Positions 1-12,543 of a stretch of 64,000 nucleotides of DNA are shown here, piece after piece (the stretch's first letter is position 1; each line of letters begins with the position of its first letter). Source of the DNA: Marsupella aquatica (Eukaryota; Plantae; Marchantiophyta). The DNA lies in assembly GCA_973895155.1 (NCBI GenBank), contig OZ316891.1:10913875-10977874 (forward strand). Reading direction: 5' to 3'. Both the position numbers and the translations under genes were made by a program. Below the pieces are notes generated by a model. The model was given only the letters and a program-made list of their open reading frames with translations. It was not told the origin of the DNA and searched no databases.

Positions 1-1581
1 TGACTGGACTCCCTGACAATTGTCTCCTGCAGCTGCTGGAAGGCCACTAGGAGCATCGACTAAAACACTTCTTCGGTTGCTGTAATACACCAAAACAATC
101 CGATCGCATTCCTGCATCCCCTAATGTTTCGCACCAGCAACTCAAAGGATTTTATTTTATTGCTATGCCGTTCATGCTCTACTCATTCATCCGTTGATTT
201 ATTCTACCATCTTCCTTACACACATTCTAAGATATCTAACAGGATTCGAGGATAAAGCCAAAGATGCTTTATCATAGACTTCACAGGATTTCAGCATGAC
301 GACATTAGATAACTCACTATCGTCGTGGACACGGACGAAACAGCACCAAATAAACATGTGAATTAGAATCCATCCACTTGAGAGTTACGAACGTTCCCCT
401 TCTCCAAAAAAACGCCAAACGGACGAGCACGAACTTCAACGGACTCGGCAGGGAGACATACAAACAATTTGACAAGATGTCAGCGTTAGCAATAGAGCGC
501 ACTCACGGGCAGACAGCAAAGATTATTGTAGTGAATAGATTACGAAAGGCCTCTTACTGGACCACTGCAGCTAGATGATTCGCGTTCAAAGTCTAGTTCT
601 AGAACCGTAACGATTACGTTCCGACGCGATCTCTTCTACATTAGAGCTGCTTTTCGAGCTGCAACTTCAACGCTTCCGTAATTGACTGCGATCATCGACA
701 GTCCGGGGTCGTCCAGCAGTATTGAAGCTCCCCGACAAGAAAATCCCCGTCAAATTGCAACACGAGAAAAGCACGCGTGTCGAGCATTGAGCGAAGTTCA
801 ATGGAATTACCGACACGTCAATACGAACATCGACCTTTCACGCGAGTCAGACGCGACTCAGGAAGAGTGGCTGTCAGTGGTCTAGCTGAATCGGTCTAGC
901 TGAATCCAAAGCGCTCCGATTTAGCATTGAAAAACATTATTCGAGATAATTCCCGACAATTCTCACATAAAAGCTTACCAAAGGGATGTCGAGCAATTCG
1001 CCACTGCAAACCGGTCGTGAAGCTGTAATCTACAACGTGCTTGGCGATGGCGGCAACGGAGCTCAATTAGCGCGGAGATGCTCGTGCGGAGATGAAAATC
1101 CGCAGACCTACACAAAGCGGAACTGAAACTTGCGGGAAGTAAGACTCCGCTATACTTACACAATAAGCAAAATTACGGAAGAAACATCCAGCGGAGATAA
1201 GATCGTCAACCGCTTTCGATAGGAGAACTCACAACAAAACTATCGAGCGGAATTGGAGTGAATGCCCAAGGGAAAATCCCTCTCGAAGAACTCACCGTGG
1301 CTGCAGCCAGGAACAGAGGTTTCATCAAGCTAACAAGCTGACTTCCTGGGCGAAGACGCGTGCTCACTCACTCTTCACGCGGATTGGCTCCGCATTCTCT
1401 AAAATCGCCCTCCGAACAAGTTTCGTGGCTCGAACCACGAATAAGGCATTGGCGTGGAGCTTATATGAATTCTTAGCCGTAATCATCACTTCGGGAAACC
1501 TGGAGCACGTCGAGGCGATTTATGTGGGGGGAATGTTTTACGGTCTACGGATATGGTCACCGTCATGATGTGAAACGAATC

Positions 1582-1619
1582 GAGAGGAGAGGAGATTAGA
1601 GGAGAGGAGAGGAGAGGAG
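1582..1619. repeat. (GAGAG)n purine microsatellite
   Basis: Imperfect GAGAG/GGAGA run read directly from the sequence. Confidence 0.8.
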
Positions 1620-1714
1620 CAGTTCAGAGTTGGGATAGGCAGAGAAGCAATAGACCTCGGGGGTGGATTCATGACATGGAAAGCCTCATATTACACGGAG
1701 TCAGATTGGTGCTG

Positions 1715-2146
1715 ACTAGGACTCAAACCTACTGTGCCCTCTTGGGCCAAAAAGGGCCAACTGGACTCATGTGTATAATTTTTGTTGGCCAACTGTCCTC
1801 ATGTGTATATTTTTTTTAGATCATCTATATCACATCACACGCCAAATTAGAAAAGAGGCCAAACAGAGAAACTAGGACTCAAACCAAGGGATGGCTGCCC
1901 TGAAGGGCCAACTGGACTCATTTGTATAATTTTTGTTGGTTATAATTTTTGTTGGCCAACTGGACTCATGTGTATAATCTATATCACCATCACACTGCCA
2001 AATTGGAAAAAGGCCAAACCAGGAAACTAGGACTCAAACCAAGGGATGACTCTGCCCTGAAGGGCCAACTGGACTCATTTGTATAATTTTTGTTGGCCAA
2101 CTGGACTCATGTGTATATTTTTGTTAGATCATCTATATCACATCAC
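1715..2146. repeat. Tandem repeat, ~155-bp unit, ~3 copies
   Basis: ACTAGGACTCAAACC recurs at 1715, 1871 and 2026. Each unit contains GGCCAACTGGACTCAT sub-repeats. Confidence 0.85.
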
Positions 2147-3490
2147 TTATGTGCAATTTTTGAGAGACCATCTATGTCACATTTCCAAAGAACAAAAATA
2201 CCAAACCGGAAGGAGCGATCTAAAATGCAAAAGACCCAACAAAGGGGGCGGGGAGGGGAGGGGAGGGGTGGGAAGAGGGAGAGACCACAAGCGGGCCAAA
2301 GGGATCCCACAAGTCTGAAAGCCCCAAACAAACTGCAGAGAACACAATTCCTACAAGTGAACAGAGAAGGCTGAAAACCCTACCTGGCGGAAAATTGAAA
2401 AGCATGGTAGAACTCTGGAAGAAATTGCATAGGAGGGTCACATAGAGGACCCTGTCTAGAAGCCCTAAAACCAATAGCCTCGGCCCTATGAAGAATGGTA
2501 AATGCCTGGGCACGCTGAAATGCAATAGATACCCAGTGCCTAAAAAAGGCCATGAAGACCAAATTTTGGGGGATATGGCTTTTGTTCTAAACAAGATACC
2601 ATCTCCAAAGGTCACCCTACACATGTCACGATGCCAACGAGCAAAAAGTGTCAAACATGGGGACACTACTAACCTATGTTAGATTATCTCCAAATATATA
2701 TACCACTCTGCCAAATAACAGACCTTTAGTTTTTAGACCATCACCAAATATATGTCACTCTGCCATCAAAACCTGCCAAACAATGAAGTCACACTATTCA
2801 CTTTTCTTAGACTATCTCCAAATAATATCACTCTTCCAAAGAACAAACAGTGTCAAACACGAGACACCACTCACCTTTGTTAGACTATCTCCAAATATGT
2901 ATCTCTGTCAAAGAAAAAAGAGTGTCAAACTAGAAGACATTATTTGGGACATGATTCACCTTTGGTAGACCATCTCCAAAATAATATATGTCAGTCTGCC
3001 AACAAAACCTGTCAAACTCAAAGGCACCGTTTACTTTTGTTAGACATCTTTAAATATATCCCATGCCAAAGAACAAAAAGTCAGGCATATATGCATGGTA
3101 CACCTTTTTTAGACCATGATCTCCAAATATATATCACTTTGCCAAATAACCAAAATGTGTCAAACATGGAGACACTCTTTGCCTTTCTTAGACCATCTCC
3201 AAATACGTATCACGTACTGCCAACAAAACCTGTCAAACAGGGAGACACTGTTCACTTTTGTTAGACATCTGCAAATATATAGTGATGCCAACTAACAAAA
3301 AAGCTTCACAGGGGAACAATATTCACCCTTATTAGACCATCTCCAAAAATGTATCACTCTGCCAAAGTTCAAAGAGTGCCAAACAGGGACAGATGATTTG
3401 CCTTTGTTGTTTTTTTTTGTTTATTTACCTTTGTTATACCATCTCCAAAAATATATCACAGATTCTGCAAACACTGACATGTGATTTGCC

Positions 3491-3622
3491 ATTTTTTTGG
3501 TTTTTTCTTAAAGATAAATCTGTGAAACCTTGTAGAAAAGGAACAGCCAGCCACAACATTTGAACACTAGACTTACGAGTCTTAACTCAAGTGAGCTACC
3601 ACACAACCATGCCTCTTTGGGC
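3491..3622 (-). mobile_element. Putative short tRNA-derived SINE remnant
   Basis: Flanked by the 9-bp direct repeat TGATTTGCC (3482-3490 and 3623-3631). On the minus strand it has an A-box-like TGGTAGCTCACTTG, a B-box-like GTTCAAAT and an A-rich tail. Confidence 0.4.
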
Positions 3623-3653
3623 TGATTTGCCTTTGTTAAATAATATATATATA

Positions 3654-3998
3654 TGTTAAGCATAGATGACAATCGCAACGGCAAGCCCATGAACCATCCA
3701 ACGCACAAGAGTCGACACAGAGAGATACGTGGTTCACCTCCACATGAGGCTATGTCCACGGGAACACACACGAGCTTTACTGCACTCTAGGCCGACCGGC
3801 CATACCAAACATCTACAGCGCAAGCTCTCCCTATCTCTCAACTAGCTCCGTAACAATGAGTCTGAGTTCCCACTCTCCAAGCAAACACCGCTTGGTTATA
3901 GAGTGTGCACAGCATGACTAACTTAACCAAGTCTGCGACTAAGGTTAGCCTTAACTACGGTGTAGTCGTGACTCTAGACCTAAGAGTAAAAATTAACA
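3654..3998. mobile_element. Solo LTR (345 bp), probably Copia-type
   Basis: Inverted termini TGTTAA...TTAACA, flanked by ATATA on both sides (inside a TA run). Internal ACGTGGTTC...TATGTCCACGGG motif resembles plant Copia LTRs. No PBS or PPT is adjacent. Confidence 0.75.
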
Positions 3999-6900
3999 AT
4001 ATATATATATATATATCACTTTGCCAAAGAATAGAAACGGGCTAAACAGGAAGACATTATCAAATTTGTTAGACCATCTCCAAATATATATCTGTGCCAA
4101 CCAAACCTGTCACTCAGACAGGGAGCCCAATACCTGTATGTTGCACAAAAGATATTAAGGCAAGATAAAGATGTCAAGGCAAGACAAGCAAATGTAGGCA
4201 AAGTAAAGAAATGCAGGTGAGGAAAATTAATGGAATCAATTAAAAAAAGGCAAAAATGGTGTGGTTGAGGCATGGTAGCTCAGTGCTATATGGAGAGGGA
4301 AAGTTTTTTTGTTTTTTCACCTTACCTCTCCCCATGCCCTTCCTTTCTCTTCTTTTGCTCTTGCTTCCCAGCACCCTCTCTCCTCACCCTTTTCTTCCCT
4401 CCAACATGATTTGAAAAAGAGAAGAAAATGGAAGAAAATTTGAACTTAACCCATTCAATGGAAAACCAAATCCCACTGCTAAAGCACACAAGTGTAAAAA
4501 ACCTCTCAGACCAAAGTATGTCTCATATAATTGCTACATGCCAAAAAAAAAATTATGTACCGTCCTACCATATTGCCATTTGACTTTACCCAATTATTCT
4601 AGAATTCCCCTAAAAAGGAATCTTATTTTAAATGTTCTCCTTGTGAGCAGAAGAGCATAACAATACCTTGGGTTTGGACTGAAAACATGAAAAAATAAGG
4701 TTGTAGGTGACTACTTAGGAGAAAAAATAAATATCTAATTATGTAAAGTGAATCAATTGCTATTATAATATGAAATCCGCCCCCCCCCCCAAAAAAAAAA
4801 TTAAAAATTAAAAAAAATTAAACTTTGTTGTCAGTCTACAAATTGGCTTTTGGAGTGAATTCATGAAATGAGGGAGACTGATCATGACTGTAACTTATGC
4901 AAAATGTGTAGGTATACATGTCCAGAAAATGCAAGCTATAAAGGTACAAGCCTACACTCAATGAGTAGTGGCTGGGGAGATAGATTGGTACAGAAAATGC
5001 AACAGTTGTAAACGTGTAGTCTACACTCAATCAGTGGTGGTAAGGGAAATGGAAAGAGCATGACCAACCATCTAATTTCCTTTAAAATACTAAGTAACCC
5101 TTTTTCTTTTTTGGGGAAGTTTTGCCTTCTTCCATTTTGAAATTTCTTCAGGTGACTGGGGAGACAATTTTTTGGGGGTTTGTACTTATTTAGTTTTTCA
5201 AGACTGATACCGTATTTGTTTTCTTGGTTGGTTGTTGTGTGGTGGGGATTTTTCATCCTTTGGGGAAGGAGAGGGACAACATTTTTTAAGGTGGGAGTAT
5301 TTTTGAGTTGGTTGTTGCATGTACTGAGGTGGAAGGTGGTTATTCATCTTGGCCCCCATTGACTCTCTTTAGTCTGTCATCATGGTGGGATCCCTCTTGA
5401 ATTGCTATTACATAGTAATCTCTTTTTGCTCACAACATCTTTTGCATAGTGTCATCATTTCAGCAATGACGTGCAACAATTTCCAAATTTGAATGTTTTT
5501 GGAAGTCATTTTGGCTCATATCTTTATAAATGCTGCTTGGATTGTGGATTTCTCAGCCGCACCGGAAAGCTCTTGAGAATGCAATTAAGATAGATACAAA
5601 TTGTGGCCCAAACAGTCCAATATTGAGGAAGTTATGGTCACATGAGATTTCATCTTTACACCTCTTTTTCCTTACAAAATCAGGGCACACTTTGTTTTGG
5701 GAGCAATTTGGGCCTCTTTTTCACTCTGCAGGACCTCTTTTTTCACCTTAGTCTCTGCGGTTGATTGATCTATCATTGGTTGGCACCCCGACTGGAGCTC
5801 CTGATTTCCTCCCGATAACTCCACCACCTAGTTGCAGGTGGGGTCATGCACGTGTGGTGGCTGGTCCGGACTCTTCATCTTGCCACTCTTTGGTAGTGTG
5901 GTTTCTTGACTTGACTGGGTGCCTGGGCTGCTTCCATTGTCTTCCTTTTCGTTTCACAATTTATCATGTCTTCAATAGGCCTTATGTTGCTTTGACCTTG
6001 ATGTGCTTTAGCTTCTCTTTGTATGCTTGGGCTCTGCCATCCCTGCCTTGAGAGAGTTGGCACTGGGCAAACCCCCAGTCCCACCACTCACTTCTTCCCG
6101 CTTCCCCTCCGACCCCCTCATGGTCTCCTTTGTGTTTGCTCTTCTTCAATGGATCTCTCTCATATTTGTGACAAATACATGCCATGCACGATGCTCTGCC
6201 TGCACCTCTTTCCTCCCAAGCACTGTTTTTAGGTCGTCCAGTCTATCACCCACCCCATCATCTCCCAGGCTGATCTTCACCTCCCTTTCCACACCCCATA
6301 CCCCCTCCACCCCTCCACCATCCTCCTCAGGCCTCTTTGTCCATGTTTGTTGCATTAAACCCGTAGCTCTCATTATAAAATGGCTTCATATGGGCAGGTG
6401 TGGTTTAACCCTTGACAACTTATACTTGCTTTGGAGAAAAAGACATTTGAAATGACTCATCAAATGAAGCATGAGTATAGGAATAGGTTTATTGATAATG
6501 TCACAACTTTCATGGCACATCCAGTCCAGAGGCCTTTCAGAAAATTCAGAAATTATTTGTCCTTTTCACATCTTGTCAGCCTACTACAGCCCCCAAGTAC
6601 ACTCTACATGAATTGTGGCAATAAGTGTTATTTTGATGTTTTGCTCAAAACAAAATTGTGCACAAAGGCACAAAAAATAATTTATGATGAGTGAAGCTTG
6701 AAAAAAAAGAAAAGCAAATGCCCTTTGAGCCAACAGAAATATTCACGTTTCGCTCACTTCCTGTGCAGGTAGTCAAATGACAGTATGATACATGGCAGCG
6801 GTACCTTGGGTGTTGTTAGTACCTTATACCTACTTATTGTAAAAGCAAGTATATCTCTTGTTCATATTTTGACTCAATCCAAGGGTGTGAAAAACCCTAG

Positions 6901-7850
6901 AACACATATGATGGTAGTCTGGTGTTCCCTCATTTTTTAAGATAGTATAAACAAACTGCACATGTTAATGGTACGTAGCACGGGTTACCCATAGCTACCA
7001 TTAAAAGTAAAATTTTTCCTGAAATTGTGACGCAAAGTGACAGGGTAGAGGTGAAAAGTGAAGGGAATGTGGAAAACGGGGGAGGTCTTGGACTCTTTTC
7101 CCTTATTTGTGGTCACTGGTGGGTTAAGTAACTAAGGGTGGCTTTACAAGAACTTGGGGGCAGCAATTCCTTGTTTTTCTAAGTGAGAGATGGAATCCTA
7201 GCCATTCATATGTGGGAACTGGCCACACTTCATGTCAAATCAATCAAACTAAAACATTACCGAACCTAGTCATCTGTCAATGGGCCCCTTGTGGGTCCCT
7301 TTTTTTGCTGATGTGTGCAAGCTTTTTTGTCAAAAACCTGGAGCAAACGGCCGCTTATTTTCAGGGAATTGTACTGATTACTCCCAAACCTGACACATTT
7401 TGGCTCAGGCATTTTAACGTTTGTGTAAAGAAATGACCATCAGCTTTGCTTTGTATGGAGAGACAATGAACTGCCCCCACCTTCTTGTAAAGCCCCCCCT
7501 AAACATCTATCCTGGTAAAGCGATTGTTTGTGTCTATGTAAACATATTGTCATCAAGAAATATCAATGAACAAACTACTCACAGAGTGGACCATGGCTTG
7601 GTGGTCCATGCCCAGGTGGACCCATCCTTGGCCAACATTAGTATTGGTATGTGCTTGGCTAAGTTTACAATACTTCTACTCTTGGCTTATATTAGCATGG
7701 TCCATGCTCGATTAAGTTCAGCATGTGTCCACCCCAGGGCTAAAGATACACAAAATGGCAGGGCTAAAGATACACAAAATGATCCCTAAATCCTATAGGG
7801 AGGAAACTAGTGTCCATGCCTAAGGCATGGCTTATAAGCTACAACACTTA

Positions 7851-8172
7851 GGGCCGTCTTGCATGTGCAAGGTCCTTTGATTTTTGGCGCTCAAATGAAC
7901 CCGTGGCATCTCTAAACGAAGCGACAAGCCGGCAGTCCTGATGGCGTCTTTGGAGGATATGCAAGGGCAAGGGCCGGAAATTTTCTGGCCCTTGGGTCCC
8001 GAACTTTGAACTTTGAATAAAACAAAATGGCAGTAGATCCCCGACTCAATAAGCACTTCACACATAAGGTGTTCTTGATTGTGTTTAGATCCTGGGTCCA
8101 CACTTTTTCCCGACATCTGTGGGCTGCTAAGGGTCGCATTTTTCAGGACTCTTTGCACATGCAAGACAGCCC
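7851..8172. mobile_element. Tourist-like (PIF/Harbinger) MITE, 322 bp
   Basis: TIRs GGGCCGTCTTGCATGTGCAA and TTGCACATGCAAGACAGCCC (19/20 match). TTA duplicated at 7848-7850 and 8173-8175. Confidence 0.85.
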
Positions 8173-9708
8173 TTATTCACGGTACTCTGTTATAAGTGTA
8201 ATAAGGGTTATGCACTTCTCCAGGTGTGCATGTCTGCACTACCCAATAGCTACACGGCACGGGAAATTGTTCATGCACTTCCTTATATGTGTGGTCAGAT
8301 CACACACATCTGGTTCCTTATACCCTGAAGACTTAACTGGATAAGTGCATGAACCAGGTTGGTGGACTTAAGTAATTGAGAACTGCATCTGCACACTTAT
8401 TAACGGAAAGCACGAATGTGGAGCTGCACTTAATACATATTCTGCATTTTTGGTGCATTCACAAAAAACATCGCCTTAATATCAGGGGACTAGATGGCTG
8501 ATTGATCTGCACTTCATTTAACCATGGAATGCAATTATCCACGCTGCACTTGGAAACGTTAGACTGTAATTTGAATAGAATGCCCCTCCGGTGTATTATT
8601 ATTCAAATACTTTTGGAGGGAAGACAGTACAGGGTCGGCATCAGGTATAGTTGGAGGTTCGGCGAACGGCCTGTAGGCATGGTCGGAGGGTCGGAGGGTC
8701 TTCCTGACTACTGACTACTGTACTGTGTGATCGTGTGCTAAAATGGGCGCCGGAGATCTCTGGCCGAGATGTCGTAATTGTCTCGTGATGCAATTAATTA
8801 TTGCGCTCTCTTCTTCATCTTCAATGCACGAGCATGCAGTTCTTGCAATTCACGGCCCAGCTTGAATTGCGCAATCCGCATTTCACTTCGCGTCACTTCC
8901 CTGCCAGTCCAGAGGGAGAAGGACACGGAAGAAACTCTTTTGGCCGGCGATGGTACAGAATTGAGATTGTGGAGGAAGTACAGGAGCAGTGGCAATGAGT
9001 TTCTCCACACCAGAAGGTGGTCCGTAATTCCGGGTAGTGGAGCAGAGGGTGTTGAGGAAGTGGAGGAGAAACGGACGGATTCTCAGCGCGCCACGCAACT
9101 GTGTAATTGTCTAGTGTAGTAGGGAGAGATGATGATTGGATTTGAAGTAGAATTGCACTTGCTGAGGAATTTTGCCGTTGGTCGGCCGTCTTCACGGATG
9201 GAGTCGTTGTTGGCAATGTCGGCGGCTTTCTATGCCTGGACGTAATAGCAATACGGGCGGAGGAGATAACATACTGTCGGCCTGCTGCCTAGCTGCGCGA
9301 CCAGCCTAGCAAACCAGCCTAGCAAACGTTCGAGGCATACGGCCTTCGATTTGAGAAGTTGGATGCTAGCGATTGTAAAACAGCGACGGACAAGATTCGG
9401 TCGACAACCAGGCACCAGCGGCAGGCGTTTAAACTTGATTTTGGTGCGCTGTTGTTGTCGCCGTGGTAGCGGCTTGCGTATGTCGGCTGGCGCGAATGAA
9501 AGCGTTTGTCTGGCGAGGTCATGATGTCTTGAAGGTCTCGAATAATTAGTACGGATGCAATGTGAGATTTACTATCTGGAATCAGGAGTAAGTTGTTCAG
9601 AAAAAGCAGGAGCTCTGGTTTACAACGTTGTGTGGAATGGTATGCAATCGTACCGTCGGTAGGTACGGAGGAACAGGCGAGGGGATTTCTCGAGAGGAAT
9701 CTTCTTGA

Positions 9709-11232
9709 ATGGGGGCGTTAGGGGTGAAAAGCGTGACGGAATTGCAATCGCGGTCGGGGATGAAGGACATATCGAGTCTCTTTAAGAAGCAAAGGAAGTA
9801 TCTCGATTACTTTTTTGACAATCTGGACTATCAGCAAGTGGAGAGGTTCACGGAGTTATGTTTCAACACCCGGGGGACAATTTTCTTCTCTGGAGTGGGG
9901 AAGAGCGGATTCATTGCGCAGAAGATCTCGCAAACATTGGTCTCGACGGGAACCAGATCGGGATTCCTGTCGCCGACTGATGCACTGCACGGAGATATCG
10001 GCATCGTCGGCGGTCAAGATGTTTTGGTGCTCCTCAGTAAAAGTGGTGCCACCGAAGAGTTGTGCAAATTGGTGCCGTGCGCCAAGGCGAAGGGGGCCTA
10101 CTTGGTGGGAGTTACGTCCTTGAAATTCTCTATCCTGGCAAACCTTTGTGATATGCACGTGTTTCTGCCAATTGAGAGAGAGCTTTGCCCCTTCAATTTG
10201 GCTCCCGTCACTTCCACGGCTATTCAAATGCTGTTCGGAGACACCGTTGCCATTGCTCTGATGCATGCGAAAAATCTCTCGAAAGAGCAGTACGCCTTGA
10301 ATCATCCTGCGGGTCAAATTGGCAAGCGCCTCACCCTCAGAGTAAGCTCCCCCTATCCCCCCTATCATTCAAGAGAAGAAAGCATTTAACCATACTAGTG
10401 AAATTGCACCAGCTGAGGAGTAACATTTTTTATATTACTTCCTTAATACAAGTAGAGGGATAGCTGTACAGAAGAGTAACATTTTATATATTACTTCCCT
10501 AATACAAGTAGAGGGATAGCTGTACAGAGGGTTACCATTTACAGCTTGAATTGTGCTTCTCTCGTAAATGCATTCAAGGTAGAGAAACGTCCCAACCATG
10601 CGCGCGAGATGGGACCTATGGAGTGTGTGACGATTTTCCCGTGAATTGCGCTTTCTCTCAGAAGTTTACTCTCAAACATTACCTCAAAAAAACCGTTACA
10701 ACTTTTGCAGGTTCAAGATCTTATGAAAAAGGGTGCAGAATTGCCTCTTTGTCAAGAAGATGATTTGATAATGGAGCAACTTGTGGAGCTCAGTGCCAAG
10801 GGCTGCGGCTGCCTTTTAGTCGTGAATGGTCGGAACCAGCTTCTCGGTACCTTCACCGATGGGGACCTTCGGCGCGCCCTGAAATCGCAAGGGGAGAAGA
10901 TTTTCACTCTGATCGTCGGAGACGTGTGTAATAGGTAATTCACTCTCTTTCAATCTCTTGAAGCGACCACTGTTCCCAAAAATTCAGTTCACTCCAGTTT
11001 CTTTTGAGCAATTCTTTCATCGAATTTGGTCTGGGCATTTCTGAAACGTTTTGGGCAATTTTTTTTGGTGAACAGGTCTCCGAGATCTATTCGGCCTGAT
11101 GGAATGGCTGTAGAAGCCATGCAGAAAATGGAGGACCCACCATCTCCGATAACATTTCTAGCCGTAGTAGACATCGACAACGTAGTAATTGGACTTGTGA
11201 CCCTCCACGGATTGGTAGCTGCCGGTCTCTGA
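9709..11232 (+). CDS. SETH3: Arabinose-5-phosphate isomerase (KdsD/GutQ family, SIS + 2 CBS domains; plant SETH3-like). Exons 9709-10341, 10711-10934, 11076-11232
   Basis: GVGKSG, ALHGDIG, SKSG, LAPVTST, DTVAIAL and HPAGQIGK motifs, then CBS repeats ([11 protein letters not shown]; IGLVTLHGL). GT-AG introns keep the frame. Confidence 0.95.
10417..10530. repeat. ~56-bp tandem duplication in intron 1 of the KdsD gene
   Basis: GAGTAACATTTT...TACAAGTAGAGGGATAGCTGTACAGA occurs twice. Confidence 0.85.
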
Positions 11233-12543
11233 TCTGCAAGATTCATCCCCATCATGTAATTACGGTCGGTGGCGGTCGCACGGGAGTACGTACTTCCTCT
11301 CACAGATACACTGCGATGGAAGATTGAAGGAATTGAGATAATCGAAGCTCTCTCGCCCAAATTTTCATCTTCTTTGGTCCTGCTGAAGGCCGCAGCCTCT
11401 GCCGCACACAGCAGCACGAGAAGAATCGCCAGAGCACTGCAAAATCACCTCGTGAGCCTCATAGGCCACAATACTTTTGTACTACACGACTGGACACATT
11501 TCTAGTCCCAGAGAGGTCTGTCCAATCTGACGACAGATTTTCGTCCTAAATCTCTTCTCGTCAATACTGTTATTGAGTAGGAAACTGCATGTTGTCCGAT
11601 TGGAACGATTTTGAAGGAGTGGGAAGTCTCTCCCAGGCCCACATGCCAACCTAACCTTTCTGGAAGACCGACCACAATCGTAGGATAACCCGGCCACACG
11701 AAGAGCTGACCTTAGGCTTTAGAAACTGAGACCAGGGACTTCTAGCAAGGTTTACGAAAGCAACTGATATCATAAAACGTACTGAACGTATGCTTTCGAG
11801 ACAACTTCACAGCCCGCAAACAAACACTCACGAGTCCACAGAGATCGATCTTGAGTCGAAATCCAGCAATACTAGTTCAGAACGAGCTGCTGTTGAACAC
11901 ACGAACTTGAAACAGGCAAATTTCCTTTTGGAGAATGTCCAAGTGGTACGGGGGTCGAGGATCAAACTAAACCCGTGTATCCTTCTATCGTCCTTAACCA
12001 AACGTCTTTTATCAAGGTGTTTTCTGCAGTAAGTGCTTTCTTTGTGAACACAGTTTACAATCCTGGAAGGTCTCCCATCCAGTGTGGGCTGGACAATCTG
12101 GAAAGTATAAGCTGTACTTGTGCAGAGTTGATCGAATTGTGTCTTACATGGTGGATTCCTAGGGTTAGTTATGAGATGTGATTCATTCCGCCCTATTTTT
12201 AAAGGTCTGAACTAACTCAGGCGCAAGGGTACTTACTTTGTCATGCCAGAATGGAAGGGGACGCACATCCATTGAGACCAGCTGGGACTTTTGTTGTGGA
12301 GGGTATTTATTAAGTGTAACTCTAAAAACTGCGAATCTGTCCGACTTACGGATGTGTGTGTCGTCGTCTCATGCACCGTTCAGGATGTACTGGTGGCCGT
12401 CGAGACCCTCCAGGCTTTAAATGAGACGAAGAGGAACGTGCAATTGTCTCAAAATTTGCTACCTGTGATCGGCTCTGCCAATTTCTTTGAATCTAATAAA
12501 CTAACAAAATCCCGCACTTCATTCTCATTACCTAGTTGGATTC

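Larger units (their letters stand above)
2560..4120. repeat. Degenerate ~60-bp tandem array interrupted by insertions at ~3491-3998
   Basis: Recurrent TTAGACCATCTCCAAATATAT...CTGCCAA...TGTCAAACA...GACAC motif about every 60 bp from ~2580 to 3470, resuming at 4003-4120. Confidence 0.8.

Noticed and set aside
1-1400. Possible 5' exons of a minus-strand gene running off the window edge
   Set aside because: Donor- and acceptor-like sites exist (for example ~1295, ~505, ~80), but there is too little coding sequence to support a call.
8269-8354. 12-bp inverted repeat GTTCATGCACTT/AAGTGCATGAAC (similar short hairpin at 53194-53244)
   Set aside because: Stems are too short for a miRNA precursor call and no TSD is evident.
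8778-9540. Overlapping short ORFs upstream of KdsD
   Set aside because: No recognisable motif or consistent exon chain in any frame. It could be a promoter, lncRNA or decayed gene, but no call is supportable.
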